DNA of 64,000 nt. It comes from Botryllus schlosseri (lineage: Eukaryota). Made by a program: the position numbers and the translations under genes. The notes under the pieces were generated by a model that searched no databases, was not told the origin of the DNA, and saw nothing but the letters and a program-made list of their open reading frames with translations. Shown one piece after another: positions 12,327 to 22,764 of this stretch. Location of the stretch: contig CM119372.1 in the NCBI GenBank assembly GCA_051294905.1, positions 34,102,001-34,166,000 on the forward strand, written 5' to 3'. Numbering within the stretch: position 1 is the first letter of the stretch; every line of letters starts with the position of its first letter.

Positions 12327-13675
12327 CTATTGGCGGGTGCTGTAATGCGCCCAAAAAGTGAAGCCACTTGACACCACTGTTAACCCGGATAGCATGTGCA
12401 GCTGGATCGATACGCATGCAAGATCTGTCAAGATATAAACGATCATTGTACCACAGGCCAAACCAAAAGTTTGCACGACGTAAGCTGAATTGTGATCAAT
12501 AAAATAGGTACCGGAAATCATATAGGCCTACACAGTCACTCTACGTAGAGCGTGCGTCGCACCCATCAGGATAGCCAGAACGGTCCGTGGACATATTGTG
12601 CGACCTAATTGACGGTTGCCAAATGGCAGCCACTGAATATCCAGATGCTTCCACCACCAAACTCAGTATCAGTAGAAATGGCATCGGTGTGTAATTTCCG
12701 AGTGCGGTTACCGATGAACAGACAAGGAATGAAGTATATACGTGACGAACAAAACCTTATCTAAATGATCAACACCGAGCACACACGAGCCATAAGCGCG
12801 TGACATGTCCGACCAAATGAAACCAGCAATGAAGCCTTGCTGCAATAGGGCTGGAATGGTCAGCAAACCTGGCTTTGAAACCACGTGACGAATCAAACGT
12901 TAAAATTAATTTTTACAATCTACCATCAATTCCGTGAGATACCCCAAATTTCTATTTTCGCTTGACACGGCATACCATTGAACCAATATATACCCAGTAC
13001 TTGAACTCCGCAACATAAGCACAGGTACATACGTATAGAAATTAACGTCGGTACCAATTGTCTACTAGAATCAGTCGCAAACGCGTAATCAGACGGGCAA
13101 TCGTTTGCTGCGCGTTTTGTCAAGTCACGAGTCGAGTCTGAGAAATTGGTGAAGTCATCAGTGATTTCCCTTTTTAAGAACAAGTCAGGCACAAGGCTGA
13201 AGATAGCTTGACCCAGCCCCAGAATGGCGACGAATATTCCGACAGCCGCTTCAGTACCGACTTGTTTGTCACTTGGCTGCGTCGACTGCGATATTGATGA
13301 GATTATGACTCCGAGTGCGGGCATTATTAGGCCCCCGCCGACACCCAGCAGCATGCCTGCGGGCGTTACAGTCCAAAATCGAGGGTAGCCTATAGCAACG
13401 CTAGAGTAAATAACAACGAAGGAACTTGGCCTAAATGTAAGCACGCTTTCTTCCCCAAAATACTAATAATTGGTACGTAAATCAGCAGTGTCACAATGCA
13501 GAGAGCTTCGTAAACCACTACACTAATCGATCCCAGTTCCCAGTGCGCCCTTCACTCCAATGCTTCACTGTAAGGCAGTAAGATTGTACTGCAGGCCAGC
13601 AACCATTGCAAAGCCAATTGAAACTTCATAAATGCGTAGTTTAGCGGACATTGCTCTTCGCCCCAAATCCACCAT
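12327..13675 (-). pseudogene. Intronless UNC-93-like (UNC93A-family MFS membrane protein) pseudogene
   Basis: Reconstructed: MVDLGRRAMSAKLRIYEVSIGFAMVAGLQYNLTALQ*SIGVKGALGT/...ILGKKACLHLGQVPSLLFTLALL/YPRFWTVTPAGMLLGVGGG...AANDCP...LLTIPALLQQGFIAGFIWSDMSRAYGSCVLGVDHL...SGTYFIDHNSAY...LACVSIQLHML. Collinear with recalled UNC93A motifs; ~450 codons; several stops and frameshifts. Confidence 0.85.
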
Positions 13676-14491
13676 TGTAAATCATATAAGCTGTTGTGTG
13701 CATATTAGATATGCAACACTCCGTTAAAATTCAATTGTGTGATCGATTATGAGCTGGTCTGATCGTATCAAACAATCTCGATTGTCGTCATCCAATCGTG
13801 ACTATGCAAGTGTATAGGTAGGGCTGTTGAAAACAAAAAAAAATTCTTCCAAATCTTTCTTGCTACCTGATTAAATTGTCAGGTTACCAAAAAAAAACGA
13901 TGCACACCAAATTTGACTCAATTCCAACCAGCAGATGCCGAGTTCTTACAAATTGAAATTTTGGCCATTTTTTAAATAACAGTATTTACGGTGGCAAATT
14001 TCGTCACTCCAACATGACGAAAAATCGTGTTCAAGGCATGCCCGAAGGCGCAGGGATGCTTTTTCTACCCGTTTACATCTTGACAAGGGCCTATGGTAGA
14101 GTTTGGATTTTAACATCGTCAGTTAACGAAAAAAAAGATATGAGACGGATTAGCTGGAAATAAGTCGACTTCATTGAAATAGCTACGTGCAAATGATGGT
14201 GATATAATTTGCAAATAAAATCCCTTTCACATTAAAATTAACGACCACGGAAACGAAATAAACTGACAAGCAGGTAAATACACGGTCAAATATATTTCTC
14301 AATTGATAGTTACGATTAGTAATCGTAATCGATTACGACGATTACAGCATTTTCAAGTAATCGTAATCGCAATCGATTACATTTGAAAAAATACCGAAGT
14401 AATCGTAGTCGTAATCGACTACTTCACATATCTAATCGATTTATTTGTTCATGAACGATTACTTTATATGAGTGCCTTTATTTTGTACATG

Positions 14492-14550
14492 CAAGCTAAT
14501 GAAAAGCTAATGAAGCTAATTAAGCTAATGAAAAGCTAATGAAGCTAATG
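14492..14550 (+). repeat. Short minisatellite (AAGCTAATG[A]n)
   Basis: About six tandem AAGCTAAT units. Confidence 0.85.
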
Positions 14551-14762
14551 GAAAGCACAATGACTATGACATAAACTGAACATTAGTGAACAAGGAGATA
14601 TATGTGGCGCCAAAATGCCTATTCCTGTAACTTAGCCATGCTTTTATTCTTGAGGGAGTGACGTTTGAATTTGAAAATCAAGCAATTAAGAGACATTAAA
14701 TTGCGACGCTCGAAGAACATTTTCAAGTTGATTAAATTTCTCGAAAATCTCTCACTCCCCAC

Positions 14763-15234
14763 CGGGGTTGCAACCAAGTTACAATGTTCCGAGTCACCAG
14801 TCAGTCTCACTTTTTTAGTTTTGACTTGAGTCAAGTCGAGTCATTTTCTATATGTTCACTGTTCAGTTTTCAGTTCAATTCGGTTCAACCCACTTTTTTA
14901 ACTCTGCTGGAGTGATATAGAAGACTCGCATTCATAATATAGTAATTTTCCTCAGCCTTAACACTTTGTGACTATATTTTCCGAGTATCAGAACTGATAG
15001 ACGAAAAATCAATATTGTGTTACCAGAACTATTCTTCGAAGTTGCAATGAAATGTCTGTCTTGAGTGCCCGAGTCTCGAGTAGCATGACTTGGTTCGAGT
15101 CATGGACAATGACTCGAGTACAAGTCGTGTCAATGCAAAAATTGACTCGAGTCGAATCGTTTTACGCCTTTGAAAAAATGACTCGAGTAGAGTCGCGAGT
15201 AACCAAAATCGCGACTCCAGTCACTACAACCATG
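14763..15234. mobile_element. hAT MITE (472 bp) nested in the GTAATC element
   Basis: TSD CTCCCCAC (14755-14762, 15235-15242); imperfect TIR CGGGGTTGCA / TACAACCATG; GACTCGAGTC-type palindromic subterminal motifs. Confidence 0.8.
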
Positions 15235-15599
15235 CTCCCCACCCGATTGGGGAGTTTGGGGTACGGTAGTTACGGACCTGGCAAGAAAGCGAATGGGTGG
15301 ATGCGATAAATCGTCCCCTATAAAGTTGGACATTCGTTATATTATGACGTATTATGATGTATTATCTATAAATAAAGTTATCTCATTACGACTTTTCATC
15401 GCAATCATTATATTGTCTACCAATATCTTCTAAGATTAGTTCTAAGAAGCAAGATAAATGTAATCGTGAGTAATCGTGATTACTTTTCCAATGTAATCGT
15501 AATCGTAATCGTAATCGCGTGACACTGAAGTAATCGTAATCGCAATCGATTACATTCATAAAGTAATCACCCCATGTCTGATCCATAGCCCATCTTAGT

Positions 15600-16320
15600 A
15601 CCAGCCGGCTGCAGTGTCGTTGTTTTACTCCAGTTGCCATTAGGAAGAAGTCGGTGTCATCGTAACCCGATTTCGAGAAGGCAATAAGTCTACTAAGTTC
15701 AGAGTTTTATGGAAAATTATACCCAAAACACAGTTATTCACAGAAGCGAAAACGCCAATGCGAAGCCGCTATATGCAGTTTATATGTAAAAATATATTGA
15801 TTTATACAACCATATAATCCAAATATCTGTGGTTGCACTGCGGTGACACTTTCGGCTTAAAAGGTGCCACTGCCCAGCCTCCAGTCAAATCCGAATCGAG
15901 ATTTAAGATTTATTATGAACCAAATTCCAACGTCTGCGTTTACTGTTCAATCTCTTGTATTCCTCACCCATCTTGCGCAGGGCTGACTCCAGATTACGAC
16001 TAAAGGAGACGAAGCATAGATATATGCCAACTTATATCATCGTTAGCGCCAGTGTTTTGGCGGTTTATATCCGTATTCAACCGGCCAATCATGGTATTTT
16101 TGCCAATTTCATGGTCCGCGAATAAAATGTTGCTGCTTGTTAGAATAAAACCCCTATGATCCGTGGTACAACGTAAAATACTATTATGTCTATATACTTG
16201 ATAACAAAGTGAAAAAATAGAGAATCAGGTAACATTTTCGAATTAGTTGACTGGTGCGGCCCGCGAGTGATTTGAAGGCTCGTATCTGGCCCGCGACGCA
16301 ATTTGAATTTGACACCCCTG
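15600..16320. mobile_element. 5'-truncated relative of the Buster/Charlie-type MITE at 18761-19713
   Basis: Ends GGCCCGCGACGCAATTTGAATTTGACACCCCTG followed by GTTTAAAG (nnnTAnnn); visibly alignable to ~18965-19713. Confidence 0.75.
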
Positions 16321-16642
16321 GTTTAAAGGATTGATAGATGTTAACCGGTACTGACGAAATTGCATTTAATCGCGACATTTCGATTCATCTGGTGTGATGC
16401 ACAGATTTGAAGCAATATTTCGTTGTCATAACAATCATTTGGAAATAAAAATTCATGAGAACGAATGGTATAGCAATACGAATCACCGGTTTGACCCGAG
16501 TACATCGCTACACCTACTCGCACCTTGGCGAGTTGACCTTAATTGAGCCATGTTAACCAATGATCCGAAAGATGTAAATTTGTGAGTGTCATCTAGGGCA
16601 TGACGTACTCTAAGTAGGTCTATATATACAAGAGCAAATAAG

Positions 16643-16680
16643 TATAAAAGTTATTCACTTTGGTGGACAAAACAATCAGT
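16643..16680 (+). promoter_or_regulatory. Putative TATA box and Inr-like motif for gene B
   Basis: TATAAAAG at 16643-16650 and TCAGT at 16676-16680, ~45 nt before ATG 16724; spacing is slightly longer than canonical. Confidence 0.4.
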
Positions 16681-16723
16681 GTGCAAACAATTTGGTATCA
16701 CAATCGCTACAAGGCCAGGAAAT

Positions 16724-17681
16724 ATGCGAGTCAAACTGATGGTGTTCATCACCATTGCCACCCTTTTGACCAACGGGACATGTTCGTCCGATACTGAAGA
16801 AAGTAACAGATATCGTTCTGACGGTTTGTAAATGATAAGTTCGACATCAACTGAAAACGACAAATTGCAAGTAATTCCAGGTGCACATGGTGGTGAAATT
16901 ACCCCTGTGAAGTGGTCTGCTGCGGCAAAGAATAAACTGCAATCGGAAATATCTTACCGTCATGAAGACCGCATGGCTGGCAGAGAGACACGGTAAGCAA
17001 ATATAGGCCCTACCCGAAGCGACATTTCTGCGCAACTCATTTGCAGAATATTTTCGCATAACGTAACTCGAAGGTCTCGAGATCTTATTCAACAGTTATT
17101 CTCCCATTATTTAGTCAGTCGGATACTTAATTTCCTTTTTTCCCTTCATTTTAAGAGCATGGCCTTCTATAAAAGCAGGAACATCCCCCCTTCATAAAAT
17201 GTACCGAGTTTTCATTCTCCGGAGAAATACATCTCCAATTATCGGCGATCCCATTGTGGTTAAAATTGAATAGTAGATTCATATTGAAATACACCCGCAT
17301 ATTTCGACTGACACTCGTCAGGGATACTCGTCAGCAAATAATAGAGAATTGGAAATAACATTGTATAACAGCAATCGCATAACCAAATCTGACGTCACCA
17401 GCATAAAAAGAATAATTGAGGCGAAGAGATCGCTTAACGACAATGTAATATTTACATGGTAGCGTACTCGAACTTCTTCTATTGGCACAAACTAGGTTGG
17501 TATATTTTGATACAAATGGGTAAAATTAGCTCCACAGATGATACTCTGAAATTATGCGGAAAATGTAATTCGATTTATGCCACACCCTCATTTTGTCATC
17601 ACAACTAGAATGGTTATGAAGTTCCTATATTTATTTTCTTCTACTTGCAGCTATCATCCCGATGTACCCGGATGGCCTTAG
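16724..17681 (+). CDS. Predicted gene B, 80-aa secreted peptide precursor (exons 16724-16823, 16881-16992, 17651-17681), or a pseudogene
   Basis: MRVKLMVFITIATLLTNGTCS signal-like N-terminus; 57-nt GT..AG intron that removes an in-frame TAA; strong donor CG|GTAAGC; strong acceptor ttttcttctacttgcag; ends ...MAGRETRYHPDVPGWP*; AATAAA at ~18304. Confidence 0.5.
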
Positions 17682-18760
17682 TTAACCTATGACGAAGCGA
17701 CAAAGGATTAAAAAAATAGCGATTGTTCCAAGTCCAACGATAATATTTGATGTAATTTTGATGCTACACATGGAACAAAGTATATTGTCGCAAATTTGAC
17801 TGGCTATTTCGGTTATCCGGGGCGTCGCAGGTTAATTGCGGGAATAAGGTGACTCTCACGTCCTTCGTGTCCAGAGATTCAATGATGGTTTACCTATAGC
17901 ATAGTGACGTGCGTTCGAAGGACGTCTCACCTGTTGTCATGACCGCAAAAGAAAATTGTGAAAACTTTCAATGAGGGATTGGTATTATTCTACCGATGTT
18001 AATGAATGACTAATCCTGAACATGTTTACACGCAAGATGATGCGATTTACATATTTATTGTTCACAAATACTGAGAGAAGAGAGACGTGGTGCACAGACG
18101 AAACAAGCCTAATCTGTGTTTGCGCAAATACTCGTCAAGAGCGCTGAATTTATAATTCATTGTTTTAATCAAATGCCATTATTACACTGATTTCGAAGAT
18201 CAAGTAATATTAATTACCAATCGCCAAAACAGCAGGACCCCCTTGTAATTTCCATGAAGTTTGGAATTTTTTTTTCTTGCGTTCAATGACTACGCAGTGA
18301 CTCAATAAAACTTGAGATAGAAATTTATACACCTTGCCAATTGTTCGTTATCAATCCAACAAGCGCAGAACATTGAAACAATGCGCTATCGGTTATCGAC
18401 AGAGATAGTCAAAGCAGTCAAGAATTCAGTGCATGTATTCAAACATTCTCAAGGAATTTCGAAAGGTAATCATAAATACTATCTCATGGGCTGTCACAGG
18501 CCGCAAATTGACCTATGAGAACTGTGCAGAGAACTGGATTCGTGTTGCTACATCCTAAGATGTCTAAATCTTCAATGGCATAAAAATTCGACACCATCAT
18601 CTGAAGTAAGTTTTGTTATATATAACAACGGCTCTTAACCTTTTTTTAGCTCATCTCCCTTTCCAGAAATGTAATATTAAGGTTCCGTCCACCGTAATAC
18701 AATCCCCGTGACGATGAAGCTGAAATGGGGCATATCGTAAAGATGTAGGCCTATTTACGA

Positions 18761-19713
18761 CAGGGGTGTCAAACAAACGGCCCGCGGGCCGCCAGACGAT
18801 TTCATCCGGCCCACGAAGCAATTCTGATTAGATTGAAAACTGCTTATGTTTTCCAGCACATTTTTAACTAATGTTGAGATCTTATTTAAGGAAATACTTC
18901 CATTTAAATAATCTCAAAAGGCAGCGAATGCCGACAATGGTAATTGTTCAAGGTTACATTTTAACCACCCCGACTGCAGGTTTGTGGTTTCACTCTAGAC
19001 TTACCACTTGGAACAATTCGGTGACTTTGATACTCGATTTCGAGAAGGCAAAAACGAGCAGACTGACATCAGACTTTTATGGAAAAACGGACCGAAATGC
19101 AGTTATTCGCAGAAGCGAAATCGCCAATGCGGAATCGTTTTTTTGCAGTTTACATGGATAATATATTACTTATATACAAAAATACATTTTAGATATCCGT
19201 GTCGTTACTGCTATGTTACTTCTGACTCAAAATGTTCCCTGACTCCAGATAAACCAGAATCGCGATTTAGAAAAATGAAACAAATTCGAACGTCCGCGTT
19301 TGCGGTTAAATCTCTTGTGGTCCTCACAATGCATGGGCAGGGCTAACACCTGAAAGAATAGGGAGCATAGAAATATACCATCTTATATTGTAATTAGCGC
19401 CACTATTTTAGCCATTCATAACTGTATTCAGCCGGCTAGTCATCGGATTTTGGTCAATTTCATAATTCGCGAATATAGGTGTTGCTACTTGCTACAGTAA
19501 AAATAACCTGTGATCCATGACATAGTAAAAAAAAAACTGTGATTCATGACACAATGTGATATAGGCTACTATTATCTTTATCAAATATTGAAGTATTCGA
19601 GTGAAAAGCAATGACATGAGGTAACAATTTTTGAATCAGTTGATTGGTCCGGCCGGCAAGCGATTTGAAGGTTTGAATCCGGCCCGCGACGCAATTTGAG
19701 TTTGCCACACCTG
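18761..19713. mobile_element. hAT Buster/Charlie-type MITE (953 bp); also in copy 2
   Basis: TIR CAGGGGTGTCAAAC / GTTTGCCACACCTG; TSD ATTTACGA (nnnTAnnn) at 18753-18760 and 19714-19721; CGGCCCGCGGGCCG subterminal palindrome. Confidence 0.92.
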
Positions 19714-20630
19714 ATTTACGATATATAAATATATGAAAATTTATCCTTAGAAATAGGAGCATTCAAACAGCAAATTTCAGTTGATAATATGACAGCAAAA
19801 ATTATCTAAAATCCCATTCAAGTGCTGTAGGAGTAGGCTACATCAAATTATAGCAATGACGATAATGACTTCTTAAAACATTGCAAAAAATTGATATGCA
19901 TCCGGTACAGCACATCAAACCTTCTCTATTCATTAGATCAACAAACAGAACTTAAATTTTATTGACCTCAAAAAAGTGATGGTTAAAACTACGAAGCAAA
20001 ATGTCGATTGTAGATGCAAGGGATCAAATGGGTTTGGTGATAGAAACTTTTAAGTAATAATAGGGCTAATACCAGCAAGCATATATTGCCTTCGATAAAA
20101 CTGATTCCTAATCTTCAGTACTTCTGGAGTCATTATGTGCGTGCAACTATAATATGTCCATTCCATACCCATTTCCTCGGCACATTGTACAAATGGCGTC
20201 ATTTCTGGCAGATAGTGGGTGCGGCGGGATATTTGCAGGGCATGCTGTCAGTCAGGATTTCACACATTCAGTTTGTAAGATCAATCCATCTCAGCTTACT
20301 TAATGCCTACATCACACTGTTAATTTAAGATCCATAATCGCTCTTGATCCTGCTCTGATATCATTGTGAAGCACGCCATTTAAAGCTTTGTGATACAGCT
20401 CAACTTATTTGCGATGAATGCTGCAAAATGTTCGCATGATAGAAAGGATATAAAGGGACGCAAACGCCCAGTGAACTTCTTTACATTATGTACTGCAGCA
20501 GACTAAGCTGACCAAGCCTATGATTAATCGATGAAATTGCACTGAGAAACTATATAACCTCGGAAATAAAATCATCGTCATGGAGTTAGGTCAGCTGCTG
20601 CAAATAACTGAACATGGCTCGTGTACCGAT

Positions 20631-20823
20631 CAATGTTCCCTCTAAGCTGCGCACGTTCGCAATTTCGGACTGCCGACACGGTCTCTGCGCACATAAAATT
20701 TAAGCTGCGCACAAAAATTCCGAAATGATGACCTTTTTCTAGTCGTTATGCACTGTTTTCTAAGGGACCGCGCAGTGAGTTGGTGAGTGCGCGCAGACTC
20801 GTGAAAAATTAGAGGGAACATCG
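20631..20823. mobile_element. Small hAT MITE (193 bp; Tip100-like TIR); also in copy 2
   Basis: TIR CAATGTTCCCTCTAA / TTAGAGGGAACATCG; TSD GTACCGAT; TGCGCA subterminal motifs. Confidence 0.9.
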
Positions 20824-21479
20824 GTACCGATGCAGATTCTATTAGAGGGCGCACTGGGTATATTTTCCCTCACTTGTCTTGAGATTCGCAGGCCTGTGTT
20901 GTGTTTAGCTTTACATAACGAGTCCAATTTCCGTTTTGTAGTCGGATAAGTGGTTCATAAAGTGGTCGCCAGCGTCCGGCTGGGTGACGTTTACGACCTC
21001 GAATGGGGTTGATAGCTACAATTTGGGCGGTCGGGGGCGCTGAGAGTAAACGTAGGCTGTTTGACCTATGAGTAACTGTTTGGGTGAGTCCTTGAATTAG
21101 AGCTCTCTCTGTGCGCCAATGTAAGATTTATGAATTTATGATCACGTCGTTCACGGTCGTACAAGGTGGATTCAATCGAAAATCGTCACGCACGCTCTCC
21201 GCATATGTTCATTGTGAAGGAGGATTGAGTGTTCTAACTGACCAAACAATCAATCAAACAACGAATAGACTAATTATTCAGTGACACTTATTGTACGATT
21301 GTTTTCACTGACTGTGTCTGTCCGGAAATTCGTACAAAAAGGGACAGATCAACGCGAAAAATCTATGCGACAATGCAGTGACTGTGCAATGAGCCAAATA
21401 CCTTTTTTTTTGGGGGGGGGGGGGGGAGCAGGAAGGGGCTAGGGACTGTTCGATACCTGGTTTGCTGTGGAGGTGGTCG

Positions 21480-21507
21480 ATGTGCAGAAAAAGTTTGGCA
21501 AACACTG
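21480..21507. mobile_element. Isolated Charlie/Buster-like right end
   Basis: AAAAAGTTTGGCAAACACTG followed by CTCTAGTA (nnnTAnnn). Confidence 0.55.
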
Positions 21508-21692
21508 CTCTAGTATAACGGGCTGATTACCAACGTCCAAAACAGGCAGGCAGGTTTTCCCAAGCATATAATTGCAATAATATTGCACGTGCCTAGCCCA
21601 AGGAACTGAACGAGATCATTCCGACGGTGTCTAGATGCGCATAACTTGCTGGCGGCTGGAATAAAACGACTCTTATATTTCTAGTCTAGGAG

Positions 21693-21745
21693 CAATGGTT
21701 CCCAACCGCCTGTCCGTGGCAGCTTCCTGCCGGTCCGCCAAATGA
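21693..21745. mobile_element. Isolated Charlie-like left end
   Basis: CAATGGTTCCCAACC...GTCCGTGG...CCGGTCCG, typical of Charlie-type termini. Confidence 0.5.
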
Positions 21746-22764
21746 ACAATAATATTATATACCAGTTCCAAAACGCGAGAAGTTGTGCATTATTAAAGAA
21801 GTACGACTTCAAATTTTAAATTGATTCAGGGTATTTCTGCATAGTGTCGTAATAGGGAGCTCATTGTCTACTTTGGTCGTACGTCACAATCAGGACCATA
21901 ACCGCCGCACCCCAAACCCCCCAACAAATATCGCCTACATGTAGCGCGGAAAACGTATGTCACGGCGGGGGTAGGGGGTGTGGAGGGCCTAAGACCAACA
22001 TTTTGGGGGGGGGGGCTGACGAAGTGCTGTTTCAGCGCTGGTCATAATGATACAAGTGTTGTGCGAAACTGTTTGAAAGTAGCCTACTACTTCGAACAAG
22101 TTACGGAGATTTTTTAACAAACTTCGTTAATTTCCGACAACGCAATCAAGCGACACTTCGCAGTATAATAAAATCTATAGGAGGGGTGGACAGACCTGCT
22201 TCATGTGCGAACCTCATAAAAAAATCTTAATTTTAAGAAAGCCACAACCACAACAAAAAAAATTCAAAAATACGAATTCATTTCGTCATACAGAAATGTG
22301 GGGTATCGAATGAAGTTTACTATAGTGTGATGATATGGTGCGTCTCCATCTGGGCTGCAAGGTGTTTGAAATCAGGCTGATATGATGTTGAATCAGTGCG
22401 GAGCAATTCCTTCAAGTTATAATAAGCATTTAAGGTAGATTTCAGCTCGGTAATCACAGTACTTCGTAAATCCGTCTTCGTTTCAAGTTACTAGTTTTGT
22501 AATTCTTAGGCGGATTTTGATAGATAAGACACATTGGCTTATACCTTCATTATCACTGAATGCAAACTCTTCCTCTCATTCTGTTTTGCAAGGTTTATAT
22601 TCCTGTTCATACTTTCTTTTATTTTTGCAATTATCGCTCAACGACATTTTCTTGGTCAAACTCTGCAGTTATTGCTACCCTTTACAATGAAAATAGAAGA
22701 TCCGTATTCACCATCTTTAGCCCAGAAATGATGTGAACTGCGCTGCCGTGGTTAACCGTTGAAC

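Larger units (their letters stand above)
14310..15580. mobile_element. Old hAT-like non-autonomous element with GTAATC/GATTAC subterminal arrays; left TIR missing
   Basis: (GTAATC)n clusters at ~14320-14460 and ~15460-15570; right end CCCATGTCTG (rc CAGACATGGG); no matching left TIR or TSD seen. Confidence 0.6.
1..21717 (+). repeat. Tandem segmental repeat unit, copy 1 (~21.7 kb; phase set by window start)
   Basis: The window-start sequence ggcagcttcctgccggtccg recurs at 21718 and 46544; the ORF track repeats at offsets of ~21714-21716 and ~46544-46549. Confidence 0.98.

Noticed and set aside
12926..13444. 172-aa ORF as an intact membrane protein gene
   Set aside because: An internal fragment of the frameshifted UNC-93-like pseudogene; its start is non-ATG and its first residues are out of the ancestral frame.
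20040..20330. Open frames on both strands around the hAT target site
   Set aside because: No recognisable domain or convincing splice structure; cannot be supported as a gene.
21480..21745. Whole 21.7-kb unit as one giant composite Charlie element bounded by ends at 21693 and 21507 (next unit)
   Set aside because: The two ends are only loosely similar, the flanking 8-mers (TCTAGGAG versus CTCTAGTA) do not match, and 185 bp separate them; more likely independent fragments.
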